Assembly: GCF_002075285.3 (NCBI RefSeq)
Contig: NZ_CP021983.2
Coordinates: forward strand, 2,160,001-2,192,000
DNA: 32,000 nucleotides
Source: Halomicronema hongdechloris C2206
Lineage (GTDB): Bacteria; Cyanobacteriota; Cyanobacteriia; Phormidesmidales; Phormidesmidaceae
Reading direction: 5' to 3'
Part shown: piece by piece, positions 17,681 to 25,642 of the stretch
Layout: each line of letters starts with the position of its first letter
How positions within the stretch are numbered: position 1 is the stretch's first letter
Position numbers and translations under genes: made by a program
The notes under the pieces: generated by a model
What the model saw: the letters and a program-made list of their open reading frames with translations, nothing else
The model's database searches: none
What the model was told of the DNA's origin: nothing

Positions 17681-18129
17681 CCACAGACATTGCGGCCCAG
17701 CAAACCATCATCCATCGCATTTACACCCTGCTGAGGCAACGGGCGGAGGGGCTAACGATCGAGAATCCTGAAAAACTAGAGAGTGTGGCCTATCAGCTCC
17801 ATAACCTCTACGGGGCCATCGAAGAGCTGTTTAAGGTCATCGCCACCTATTTCGAGAACCAGATTACCGATGCCGGGCAGCGGCATAGTCGTCTGCTGCA
17901 GCGCATGAGCCAGCCCGTCCCTGGCGTTCGCCCCGCCATAATCTCAGAGGAGAGCTATCTGCTGCTCAATAGCTTGCGGGCGTTTCGCCACTGCTTTCGC
18001 CATGCCTACGGCGTTCCGATTGACCATAACCAGCTCCTGAGCAACCTTGAGAAAGCCTATGCCCTAGACGCTAAGCTATCAACAGATATCCAAATATTTT
18101 TGAGCACGCTAGAACGCTCCCATGAGTGA
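17653..18129 (+). CDS. HEPN-like partner protein (module 2)
   Basis: Blocks LHNLYGAIEELF, RHSRLLQRM and FRHCFRHAYG are present. ATG 17653 overlaps the MNT gene by 28 nt. Confidence 0.7.
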   Translation: MDPPRYALLTTDIAAQQTIIHRIYTLLRQRAEGLTIENPEKLESVAYQLHNLYGAIEELFKVIATYFENQITDAGQRHSRLLQRMSQPVPGVRPAIISEESYLLLNSLRAFRHCFRHAYGVPIDHNQLLSNLEKAYALDAKLSTDIQIFLSTLERSHE

Positions 18130-18502
18130 GCCCCCTGAGCCGGTTATTGATCCCGCCCATCTGGCCTATTGGCAACGGGCCATGGCCCGGCAGGCACAGA
18201 CTCGTCAGCAGGCGCAAGCGGCTGCCTGGGAAGCCGTGCAGCAGATGGCCGCCTGCCTGCGCCAGGAATTTGGGGCCACCCGGGTAATTGCCTTCGGCTC
18301 CCTAGTGCGCCATCGCTTCACCGACGACTCCGACATTGACCTGGCGGCTGCAGACATCCCCGCCGAGCGCTACTTCGAGGCCGTGGCCCGGGTGAATGAA
18401 TTTAGCCCCCGTTGGGTGGATCTCAAACCCTTAGAAGCGCTGGAGCCTCATTTTCGCCGGCGGGTCCTGTCCACAGGCATTGATATCGATGCGAGAGATT
18501 AG
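18122..18502 (+). CDS. Nucleotidyltransferase domain protein (MNT-type, module 3)
   Basis: NTase motifs AFGSLVRH...DSDIDLAA are present. ATG 18122 overlaps the previous stop (ATGAGTGA). Confidence 0.8.
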   Translation: MSEPPEPVIDPAHLAYWQRAMARQAQTRQQAQAAAWEAVQQMAACLRQEFGATRVIAFGSLVRHRFTDDSDIDLAAADIPAERYFEAVARVNEFSPRWVDLKPLEALEPHFRRRVLSTGIDIDARD

Positions 18503-18998
18503 CCCGGCTGCTATCCGAGACCTGGCCCTCGACATCGAAACCGAGTTGGCTAAATTAGCTCGCCTAGAGCAGGCGATTGCAGCGGTGCAAGCAGAAATCG
18601 CAGCCGATCCAGAGCGGGCATCACTGTTCTATGAGAATTTGGCTCTGAAGCTCCATAACTTTTACACCGGCTGCGAGAAAATCTTGTGCCTCGTAGCGGT
18701 GGAGCTCAATGGCGGCGTGCCGTCGGGGGCTGATTGGCATAAACGCTTATTAGAGCGCATGGGGCAGGCTCGAGAGGGGCGAGCGGCAGTACTAGAGGCC
18801 GAAACCACCCGTCAATTGCAGGAGTTTTTGGGATTTCGGCACATCGTACGCAATCTATATGGGTTCGAGCTCGATACCCAGCGGGTAGCGGCCCTGGTGG
18901 CCAACTATCCTGCTGTCTGGGCCGCCGTGCGCCGTGATGTGCAGAGGTTTGTGCAGTGGTTGCGATCGCTGGCAGACCACCTGGCTAAACTGGAGTAA
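18489..18998 (+). CDS. HEPN-like partner protein (module 3)
   Basis: Blocks LHNFYTGCEKIL, WHKRLLERM and FRHIVRNLYG are present. The start is ATG 18489 or TTG 18480, and either overlaps the MNT gene. Confidence 0.7.
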   Translation: MREISPAAIRDLALDIETELAKLARLEQAIAAVQAEIAADPERASLFYENLALKLHNFYTGCEKILCLVAVELNGGVPSGADWHKRLLERMGQAREGRAAVLEAETTRQLQEFLGFRHIVRNLYGFELDTQRVAALVANYPAVWAAVRRDVQRFVQWLRSLADHLAKLE

Positions 18999-19174
18999 GC
19001 CGACGAAATGATGGTCATGGGTGTTGAATCAAATGGCCACGGCGATGCCAGAGGCTCTGACAATGCTCCAAACCTTGCAGGGTCGCTTCGTTCTAATGGA
19101 CGGTGGTCAACCTCGATTATCCGAGTTCTTCACGTACAATGGCAGCGACGCTCTGCTTGGCTCAGTAATTCACC

Positions 19175-19846
19175 ATGGCTGCCCCTGATCGCCCTAACTT
19201 GGCTCCCTTCATTGACCATACCCTGCTGATACCGACCGCAACCCCAGACCAAGTGGCCCACTACTGCCATGAAGCAGACCGCTTTGGCTTTGCCAGTGTC
19301 TGTGTGTTGCCAGTGCATGTGCGGCAGGCACGAGAGTTATTGCAGGGCAAATCTCCTGCCGTGACGACGGTGATTGGCTTTCCCTTAGGAGCCAATACTT
19401 CGGCGGTGAAACTCTATGAAGCCCAAGAGGCAACTGACCATGGGGCCAGTGAGCTGGACGTGGTGATCAATCTCGGCTGGCTCAAGGCCGGAGAATGCGA
19501 TCGCATCTATAAAGAAATGGCCGCCCTATGCGAAGAAACCGGCCAGTGTATCAAAGCCATCCTAGAGATGGCCCTGCTTAATGACGCCGAACTCAAGCTC
19601 GCCTGCGAGCTCTGTATGGACGCCGGAGTCACCTTCCTCAAAACCAGCACTGGCTGGCAGGGCGGCGCTACGGTCGATGGTGTGCGGCGGCTGCAAGCGA
19701 TCAGCCAAGGTCGTGTGGGCATCAAGGCAGCCGGTGGCATTCGCACTCCAGACCAAGCCTATGCCTTGATCGACGCCGGCGCCACCCGGCTAGGCACCTC
19801 CCGTGGTCCTAGCATTCTGCAGCAACTCAGTGCCCCAGACGAGTGA
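19175..19846 (+). CDS. deoC: Deoxyribose-phosphate aldolase
   Basis: Typical DeoC sequence (IDHTLL, VCV.P, VIGFPLG, the Schiff-base Lys context FLKTSTG, and IKAAGGIR). Confidence 0.9.
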   Translation: MAAPDRPNLAPFIDHTLLIPTATPDQVAHYCHEADRFGFASVCVLPVHVRQARELLQGKSPAVTTVIGFPLGANTSAVKLYEAQEATDHGASELDVVINLGWLKAGECDRIYKEMAALCEETGQCIKAILEMALLNDAELKLACELCMDAGVTFLKTSTGWQGGATVDGVRRLQAISQGRVGIKAAGGIRTPDQAYALIDAGATRLGTSRGPSILQQLSAPDE

Positions 19847-20080
19847 TGGCATCGGGGATATTTTTCCCAGGCGATTAAACTAGTAAATAGCCCTTACCAA
19901 ATCCAGGTCTGAACAGTTGCCATTAACATAACGGCTAACATAACGGCTGACCTGGCGCCAGACTTAGTAAGGTAGTCATAGGCATTCATATAGATGTTGT
20001 CTATCTAACGGCAGCCACCTGGAAGCGTAAAGCAGGTACATCCAGAGCTTGCTGCGCCCAAAGTAGGCCGCAACGGTTAC

Positions 20081-20959
20081 ATGAGTCGTACCTACAAAGC
20101 CACCGGCATCAACCTAAAATCCATGCCCATGGGGGAAACCGATCGGCTGGTCACCATCCTATCGCCCCAGGTGGGTGTTATCCGCGTGGTTGCCCCCGGT
20201 AGCCGCAAACATCACTCTCGACTGGGTGGGCGCAGTGGCTTGTTTGTCATCAACGAGCTGCTGGTGGTAAAGGGTCGCCGTCTGGATAAGCTCACCCAAG
20301 CCGAAACGGTGAGATCATTTCCAGGCCTGAGCCAGCATCTAGGCAAACTTACCGCCAGTCAATATCTGGCCGAACTCGTTCTATTTCAAGCCCTCAGCAA
20401 CCAACCCCAGGAAGATCTCTTCTATCTATTGGTAGAACATCTGGAACGCCTGGAAACAGCCACCTCGGCAACCGTATTAGCTAGCCTCGTGCAAGGTATT
20501 TTCCATCTACTCGCCATCGCTGGTGTGGCCCCTGAAGTGCAACACTGCTGCATTACCCGAGAACTGATGCAGCCCAACTTGCTAGATCCCACGTGGCGTA
20601 TCGGCTTTAGCCCCACCCTCGGGGGCATTGTCCACTTAGATCAGCTGGCGACCGTGCCTTCACGATCCCGACCACCCACCATGGCCGAGGGGCAAGTAGG
20701 GTATGATACGGTCGATCCCTCTGGTTCGACTAAGACCATTCAGCTGACAGCTCTGGAGCTAGCTCTGCTGCAGCAGCTGAGTCAGCCCCACCTCCGCAGC
20801 GCCAGTGGTGCCCCTGAGACCGCTCCCCACTGGCTTTGGTACCGGTTGGAGCGGTTATTGCGGCAATACGCCGAATATCATTTTGACCGGCCATTGCGGT
20901 CAGCTACGCTGATCGACACTTGCTTTGGTTCTCCTGTAGACACGTCCTCTGTTCACTAA
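20081..20959 (+). CDS. recO: DNA repair protein RecO
   Basis: The N-terminal OB-fold region is typical of RecO (YKATGINLKSMPMGETDRLVTILSPQVGVIRVVAPGSRK). The gene directly follows deoC. Confidence 0.85.
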   Translation: MSRTYKATGINLKSMPMGETDRLVTILSPQVGVIRVVAPGSRKHHSRLGGRSGLFVINELLVVKGRRLDKLTQAETVRSFPGLSQHLGKLTASQYLAELVLFQALSNQPQEDLFYLLVEHLERLETATSATVLASLVQGIFHLLAIAGVAPEVQHCCITRELMQPNLLDPTWRIGFSPTLGGIVHLDQLATVPSRSRPPTMAEGQVGYDTVDPSGSTKTIQLTALELALLQQLSQPHLRSASGAPETAPHWLWYRLERLLRQYAEYHFDRPLRSATLIDTCFGSPVDTSSVH

Positions 20960-20964
20960 GGTTT

Positions 20965-22413
20965 ATGTTGCGTGAGCCCGATGCCGACCCCGATCTGAAG
21001 CCGACGCCCGACGCCGATGCCGATGGCCATCAGTCATCGCATCCGGTCCACAGTAATCCCCATTTACCGTCAGCTCCGGAGTCGGTTGGGTTTTGGCCAG
21101 TCTTAAAGAATATTGACTTTCTCACCCTCTGGGGCGGGCAGGTGTTCTCCCAGCTAGCCGATAAGGTCTATCTGGTGTTGATGATCGCCATCATCGCTAG
21201 TCAGTTTGAGGCCCCTGGCCAGAGCATCAGCGGCTGGGTATCGGCGGTCATGATTGCCTTCACCGTGCCAGCCGTGTTGTTTGGTTCCCTAGCCGGGGTA
21301 TTCGTCGATCGCTGGGCCAAGAAACTGGTGCTGGTGATGACGAATCTGCTGCGGGGAGGATTAGTTATTCTATTGCCTCTATTGCTGTGGCTATCCCAGG
21401 ACTGGGGTCGTATCGGCGATCTACCCTTGGGATTCTGCATCCTGTTGCTGGTGACATTTCTGGTCTCAACCCTGACTCAGTTCTTTGCCCCAGCGGAGCA
21501 GGCGGTGATTCCTCTCGTCGTCGAGCGCCAACATTTGCTGTCTGCCAACTCCCTCTATACCACCACCATGATGGCCTCAGTGATTATCGGCTTCGCCGTG
21601 GGGGAGCCCCTCTTAGCAGTGGCCGATACCTTAATGGAGCCCTTTGATAATGGCTCCGGGGTGGGCAAAGAGATTTTGGTGGGCCTAAGCTATGGCCTGG
21701 CCGGTATTATCTTGCTGGCCGTCCGTCCCCGGCGGGAGAAGGCTCTGGAGGAAGAGTCGCCCCATGTCTGGCAGGATATTCAGGATGGTCTTAGCTACCT
21801 AAATCGTCAAGCCCAGGTGCGTAGTGCCATCATCCAACTGGTGGTGCTGTTCTCGGTTTTCGCCGCCTTAGCCGTCTTAGCGGTACGGCTGGCAGAGATC
21901 ATGCCAGCACTGAAGTCCTCACAATTTGGCTTTCTGCTGGCCGCTGCCGGCGTCGGCATGGCTATCGGTGCCGCTCTAGTCGGTCAATTTGGCCAGCGTC
22001 TCTCCCGCCGTTGGCTGAGTCTTGGCGGTTCCCTGGGCATTGCCCTGTCTCTGGTGGGGCTAGCCGGGACCACCAATTACCTCTGGCCCAGCCTGGGGTT
22101 AATTACCTTGCTGGGACTCTGCGCCGCCATCGTCGGCATTCCCATGCAGACCACGATTCAGGAAAAGACCCCTGAGGCCATGCGTGGCAAGGTGTTTGGC
22201 CTGCAGAATAATCTGGTGAATATTGCCCTGAGTCTACCCTTGGTGCTAGCCAGCGTGGCCGAGACCTTCTTGGGCCTATCGCGGGTGTTTTTAGGCCTCG
22301 GCGGGCTAGTAGCCATTGGCGGTGTGTTGACCTGGTATTGGCACAGCAAATCTGCGGGGAATGAATCTACTAAGGCTGCTGATGGAGCCTTTGACAACAA
22401 TGGCCGGAGTTAA
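20965..22413 (+). CDS. MFS transporter
   Basis: The hydrophobic profile suggests about 12 TM segments, with the MFS loop motif (VFVDRWAKKLVLVMTNLLRG). I chose the start at ATG 20965, just after the recO stop. Confidence 0.85.
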   Translation: MLREPDADPDLKPTPDADADGHQSSHPVHSNPHLPSAPESVGFWPVLKNIDFLTLWGGQVFSQLADKVYLVLMIAIIASQFEAPGQSISGWVSAVMIAFTVPAVLFGSLAGVFVDRWAKKLVLVMTNLLRGGLVILLPLLLWLSQDWGRIGDLPLGFCILLLVTFLVSTLTQFFAPAEQAVIPLVVERQHLLSANSLYTTTMMASVIIGFAVGEPLLAVADTLMEPFDNGSGVGKEILVGLSYGLAGIILLAVRPRREKALEEESPHVWQDIQDGLSYLNRQAQVRSAIIQLVVLFSVFAALAVLAVRLAEIMPALKSSQFGFLLAAAGVGMAIGAALVGQFGQRLSRRWLSLGGSLGIALSLVGLAGTTNYLWPSLGLITLLGLCAAIVGIPMQTTIQEKTPEAMRGKVFGLQNNLVNIALSLPLVLASVAETFLGLSRVFLGLGGLVAIGGVLTWYWHSKSAGNESTKAADGAFDNNGRS

Positions 22414-22523
22414 GACTACGTCTCGACAATCAACTCACTGATAGTGCAGAGGGGATCACGGGCACTATTGTCTTTAGCGACTAAGAATTAAGACGGTAGT
22501 TAGCCTGTTCTCCTAGAGGTATC

Positions 22524-22778
22524 ATGATGCACCCAGATGAGATGCGGCCACCGGGCAAGCAAGAATTTTTGTATCCTCGCAGTAAATACTATGGGAAATT
22601 TAGCCCCGAGAATCTGGCATTCAATGCCAACCTGCAAGAATTTTCTCAACGAATCAGTTATCTCTGTTCCTTGGAAGTTGGTGGAAAACTAACTCCCTAT
22701 GAGGCTTATGAAGGGATTAAAGAGGCATGGGAAACCCTCAATCGTAGTAGAGCGGGCCTGCATATTGGTGACCCCTAG
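22524..22778 (+). CDS. Small conserved hypothetical protein (84 aa)
   Basis: The ORF contains YPRSKYYGKFSPENLAFNANLQEFSQRISYLCSLEVGGKLTPYEAY, which resembles a conserved cyanobacterial small protein. I cannot name the family. Confidence 0.55.
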   Translation: MMHPDEMRPPGKQEFLYPRSKYYGKFSPENLAFNANLQEFSQRISYLCSLEVGGKLTPYEAYEGIKEAWETLNRSRAGLHIGDP

Positions 22779-23008
22779 GAACATACTAAGTCCAGCTTGA
22801 GATGGGCTGGATACCGTGGTGAAGGAGTGGGCCTGCGGTTTGCCGGTCAGGGTAAGAGATGATTTGCAAACCGCGAAAACAGTAGTCAGAGCAAAGCCTT
22901 CAGAAACATTGCGAACTCTCCTGAAAGATCGCTATAAGCCCTGAGAACAGCTCTTTAGATCTCGCTACTGGGGTAGATGCTGGGTTATACCAATTCTTTG
23001 AGATAGTG

Positions 23009-23335
23009 CTACAGATGTTCCTTATGCCCGTGCAGGCTGCGCCTATGACTCCGCTCAAGGAACGTCGGCTGAGCGAAGTCGTTCACGAAGTGTCTCCCAG
23101 CGGGAGAAAGCTGACTTGTATGTGTAGCGAGGGCTTCTTCTCCGGTCTCGTCTGTCGCAATTGCCCGTTGCTCCTCTGCAGCCTCTCTGGCCCGCTCTTG
23201 TTGCTGTCGCTGGAACCAAAACCCCAGCAGCGCCAAGACTACGGGGACCCCTAACAAACTCAACCAATCCCAGATGGTTTTCGCTGGCTGGGGGGGTGAC
23301 CGTCTCAACGGTCTTCGTGATCTAGCCTTCGGCAT
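23009..23335 (-). CDS. Hypothetical protein; looks like the N-terminal TM + coiled region of a cyanobacterial pentapeptide-repeat-type protein without the repeat domain (probable remnant)
   Basis: AKTIWDWLSLLGVPVVLALLGFWFQRQQQERAREAAEEQRAIATDETGEEAL resembles the common N-terminal module of such proteins. No pentapeptide repeats follow. Confidence 0.35.
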   Translation of the reverse strand: MPKARSRRPLRRSPPQPAKTIWDWLSLLGVPVVLALLGFWFQRQQQERAREAAEEQRAIATDETGEEALATHTSQLSPAGRHFVNDFAQPTFLERSHRRSLHGHKEHL

Positions 23336-23531
23336 CTCTTTCGGTGGTGGTAGAGGTAATCTCACGTTCGCCGATGCCCCACTTGGGCCAGCCGTTGAGA
23401 TAGATGCCTCCAATAGCCAAACTGGAGAGAATCACCACCAGTGCGATCGCAACTGCGATAGCGATGCGCCAGCCCCCTATTGGCTTAGGGCGTTTCTCCA
23501 GGGTTAATACCCGTTTCCAGCTCGACGGCAT
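23322..23531 (-). CDS. Small hypothetical membrane protein (69 aa), possibly the 5' part of a disrupted gene continuing into 23009-23335
   Basis: There is one TM segment (WRIAIAVAIALVVILSSLAIGGIYL). The ORF ends at TAG 23322-23324. Downstream coding continues in another frame across a C7 run. Confidence 0.3.
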   Translation of the reverse strand: MPSSWKRVLTLEKRPKPIGGWRIAIAVAIALVVILSSLAIGGIYLNGWPKWGIGEREITSTTTERDAEG

Positions 23532-23551
23532 TGACCGACATCCTCTCGACT

Positions 23552-23934
23552 GGCACTAGTTTAGTGGGATGAGCGAGCTGGGGCATGAGTTAACCCATCG
23601 AAAACAGAGGAGACTAACGAGAGGGCCGCAGCACTCTATGCAGCCAGCGGCTAACTCGGCGTTGTTTGCTTTGAGCCTGCTTTCAGTGGTTCTATTACAA
23701 CATCTCAAACAGTTTACGTGGTGACTACTTGCGAGCCTTCAGCGACTACATGAAGCAAATAATCCCCATCTTCCCGCCTCCGACGCCGACAAAGCCGCCA
23801 TCACCGCCCTCGTGCAAAAGTGCCTGGGCGCCAGAGACCAAGGTGTGGCCCGGTGGGAAGCAGAGATCGATGACCGCATTGCCTACCTCTACGGCCTCGC
23901 CCCAGACGACCTCAAAATCATCCATGGTGATTAG
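23552..23934 (+). pseudogene. Repeat R1a: decayed 3' end of a restriction-modification (type IIG/Eco57I- or PglX-like) gene
   Basis: The last ~50 codons read ...PASDADKAAITALVQKCLGARDQGVARWEAEIDDRIAYLYGLAPDDLKIIHGD*. Upstream, FYYNISNSLRGDYLRAFSDYMKQIIPI lies in another frame. There is no start codon. It is near-identical to 24655-25038. Confidence 0.6.
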
Positions 23935-23936
23935 CG

Positions 23937-24248
23937 ATGCGGGTGCTTAGCGATCATCAAAATCGTGCTATTCGTCTGACTGACGAACGCCTAGCCCATA
24001 TCCTGGATCATTCAGAAATGGATGGGTTGGAACCGCAGATTGAAATTGTCCTCCAACAGCCCGAAACCGTATGCCAGTCCAATACCGATCTCCAAGTTCA
24101 GCTTTACTACCGCTACTATGAACAAACTGCTGTAGGTGCTAAATGGCTGTGCGTGGTGGTCAAGCACTTGGCTGATGATGCCTTTATCATCACCGCTTAT
24201 CTCACCGACAGAATCAAACAAGGAGTCGTCCTATGGCCCAACCCGTAA
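23937..24248 (+). CDS. Putative toxin-like small protein (DUF4258-like; cargo 1)
   Basis: A 103-aa ORF with IRLTDERLAHILDH...LYYRYY...KWLCVVVKHLADDAFIITAYLTDRIKQG. It begins 2 nt after the R1a stop and overlaps its partner by 16 nt. The family call is from memory. Confidence 0.6.
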   Translation: MRVLSDHQNRAIRLTDERLAHILDHSEMDGLEPQIEIVLQQPETVCQSNTDLQVQLYYRYYEQTAVGAKWLCVVVKHLADDAFIITAYLTDRIKQGVVLWPNP

Positions 24249-24442
24249 AAGTTTGGTTTGATCCAGAAGCAGACTTTTTAGAAGTCACCTTTTCCGATGC
24301 TCCCGGCTACATGCGCGAAACCGATAACGACGCGGTGATGGAGCGAGTTGATACAGAAGGGAATGTGATTGGATTCTCGATTTTGCAAGTGAGCGCCCTG
24401 GCGAAGGATAAACCCCTGCTGGCTCAGCTTGTCGGTACATAA
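24233..24442 (+). CDS. DUF2283 domain-containing protein (putative antitoxin; cargo 1)
   Basis: The pattern VWFDPEADFLEVTFSD...VDTEGNVIGFSILQVS is characteristic of DUF2283. Confidence 0.7.
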   Translation: MAQPVKVWFDPEADFLEVTFSDAPGYMRETDNDAVMERVDTEGNVIGFSILQVSALAKDKPLLAQLVGT

Positions 24443-24508
24443 TCGCTTCCTGTATCAAGAATCCCGTCACCTGGCTCATGCAACAACTCCAACAGGAAAC
24501 CTGAAACC

Positions 24509-24694
24509 ATGAAGCAAACTGAGATCCGCAAAACTGGCTATCAAGCGTTGATCAACGCCCTTGGTGTGGTCGGGATGTTGCGCTTCTTGCAGCAGCTAGA
24601 CATTGGCAGTGGCGATTACACTCTAGAACGTCAGCAGACTCCAGAACCGACCTTGGGCACTAGTTTAGTGGGGATAAATGCACGGGAGGCATGA
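24509..24694 (+). CDS. Small ORF (R2a copy), 3' end replaced at the R2a/R1b junction
   Basis: MKQTEIRKTGYQALINALGVVGMLRFLQQLDIGSGDYTLERQQ is identical to the 25643 copy. The copies diverge at residues 44-46 (TPE versus IPD), share PTL at 47-49, and lose all similarity from residue 50, where R1b begins. Confidence 0.5.
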   Translation: MKQTEIRKTGYQALINALGVVGMLRFLQQLDIGSGDYTLERQQTPEPTLGTSLVGINAREA

Positions 24695-25038
24695 GTCAAC
24701 CAATCAAAGACCATGGGACACTAACGAGAAGACCGCGGCACTCTATGCAGCCAGCGGCTAACTCGGCGTTGTTTGCTTTGAGCCTGCTTTCAGTAGTTCT
24801 ATTACAACATCTCAAACAGTTTACGTGGTGACTACTTGCGAGCCTTCAGCGACTACATGAAGCAAATCCCCATCCCCCCGCCTCCGACGCCGACAAAGCC
24901 GCCATCACCGCCCTCGTGCAAAAGTGCCTGGACGCCAGAGGCCAAGGCGTGGCCCGGTGGGAAGCCGAGATCGATGACCGGGTGGCTCACCTCTACGGCC
25001 TCGCCCTCACCGACCTCAAAATCATCCACGGCGAGTAG
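24655..25038 (+). pseudogene. Repeat R1b: second copy of the decayed restriction-modification 3' end
   Basis: The tail reads ...PASDADKAAITALVQKCLDARGQGVARWEAEIDDRVAHLYGLALTDLKIIHGE*. It shares the frame break with R1a at the IPI/PASD junction (poly-C). It also has TAG (24794-24796) where R1a has TGG. Confidence 0.6.
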
Positions 25039-25040
25039 TC

Positions 25041-25292
25041 ATGAGTAAACGCCAAAAGCTTTTGCAGCAGGTACTCAACAACCCGAAAAATGTTAGCTTC
25101 AAAGACATGATGCGGTTGATCGAAGCCTTTGGGTTCACCCTAGCGCGAGTTAATGGCAGCCATCACATCTTTACCCATCCCAATGTCCCTGAATTAGTCA
25201 ACATTCAAAATCACAAAGGCAAGGCAAAACCCTATCAAATTCGACAATTTTTGAGCTTGGTCGAACAGCATGATTTAACTCTGGAGGATTAA
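25041..25292 (+). CDS. hicA: Type II toxin-antitoxin system HicA family toxin (cargo 2)
   Basis: An 83-aa ORF with FKDMMRLIEAFGFTLARVNGSHHIFTHP, the HicA/YcfA motif. It starts 2 nt after the R1b stop. Confidence 0.8.
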   Translation: MSKRQKLLQQVLNNPKNVSFKDMMRLIEAFGFTLARVNGSHHIFTHPNVPELVNIQNHKGKAKPYQIRQFLSLVEQHDLTLED

Positions 25293-25294
25293 GC

Positions 25295-25519
25295 ATGAAA
25301 GACTATCACATCAACATCTTTTACAGCGAAGATGACGCAGGCTACATTGCCGATATTCCTGATTTGCACCACTGCTCTGCGTTCGGTGACACTCCCGCCG
25401 CAGCGTTGCAAGAATTAGAAATTGCCAAAGCCGCCTGGTTAGAAGCTGCCCAAGAACTGGGTAAGCCCATACCGCCGCCAACTTATCGTCCAGTGATTTA
25501 TCAGGCTCGTACAGCATAA
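25295..25519 (+). CDS. hicB: Type II toxin-antitoxin system HicB family antitoxin (cargo 2)
   Basis: A 74-aa ORF with YHINIFYSEDDAGYIADIPDLHHCSAFGDTPAAALQELEIAKAAWLEAAQELGKPIPPP, a HicB N-terminal domain pattern. It starts 2 nt after hicA. Confidence 0.8.
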   Translation: MKDYHINIFYSEDDAGYIADIPDLHHCSAFGDTPAAALQELEIAKAAWLEAAQELGKPIPPPTYRPVIYQARTA

Positions 25520-25642
25520 CCGAATTTCTGATCGACGATCGCCTCCTCAAACAAGCCAAACGATCCCCTGATAGCGTTTTGATTCTGGTCGAAAATCCCG
25601 TCACCTGGCTGATGCAACAACTCCAACAGGAAACCTGAAACC

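Noticed and set aside
19924-19947. A 2 x 12-bp direct repeat TAACATAACGGC between deoC and recO.
   Set aside because: There are only two short copies. I noted it as a minor slippage duplication with no further support.
23729-23950. Pro-rich 73- and 70-aa ORFs (23729-23950 and 24836-25048: MRAFSDYMKQI..PPPTPTKPPSPPSCKS...).
   Set aside because: These are a wrong-frame read-through of the decayed RM tail. The conserved ...EAEIDDR..LYGL... ending lies in a different frame of the same DNA.
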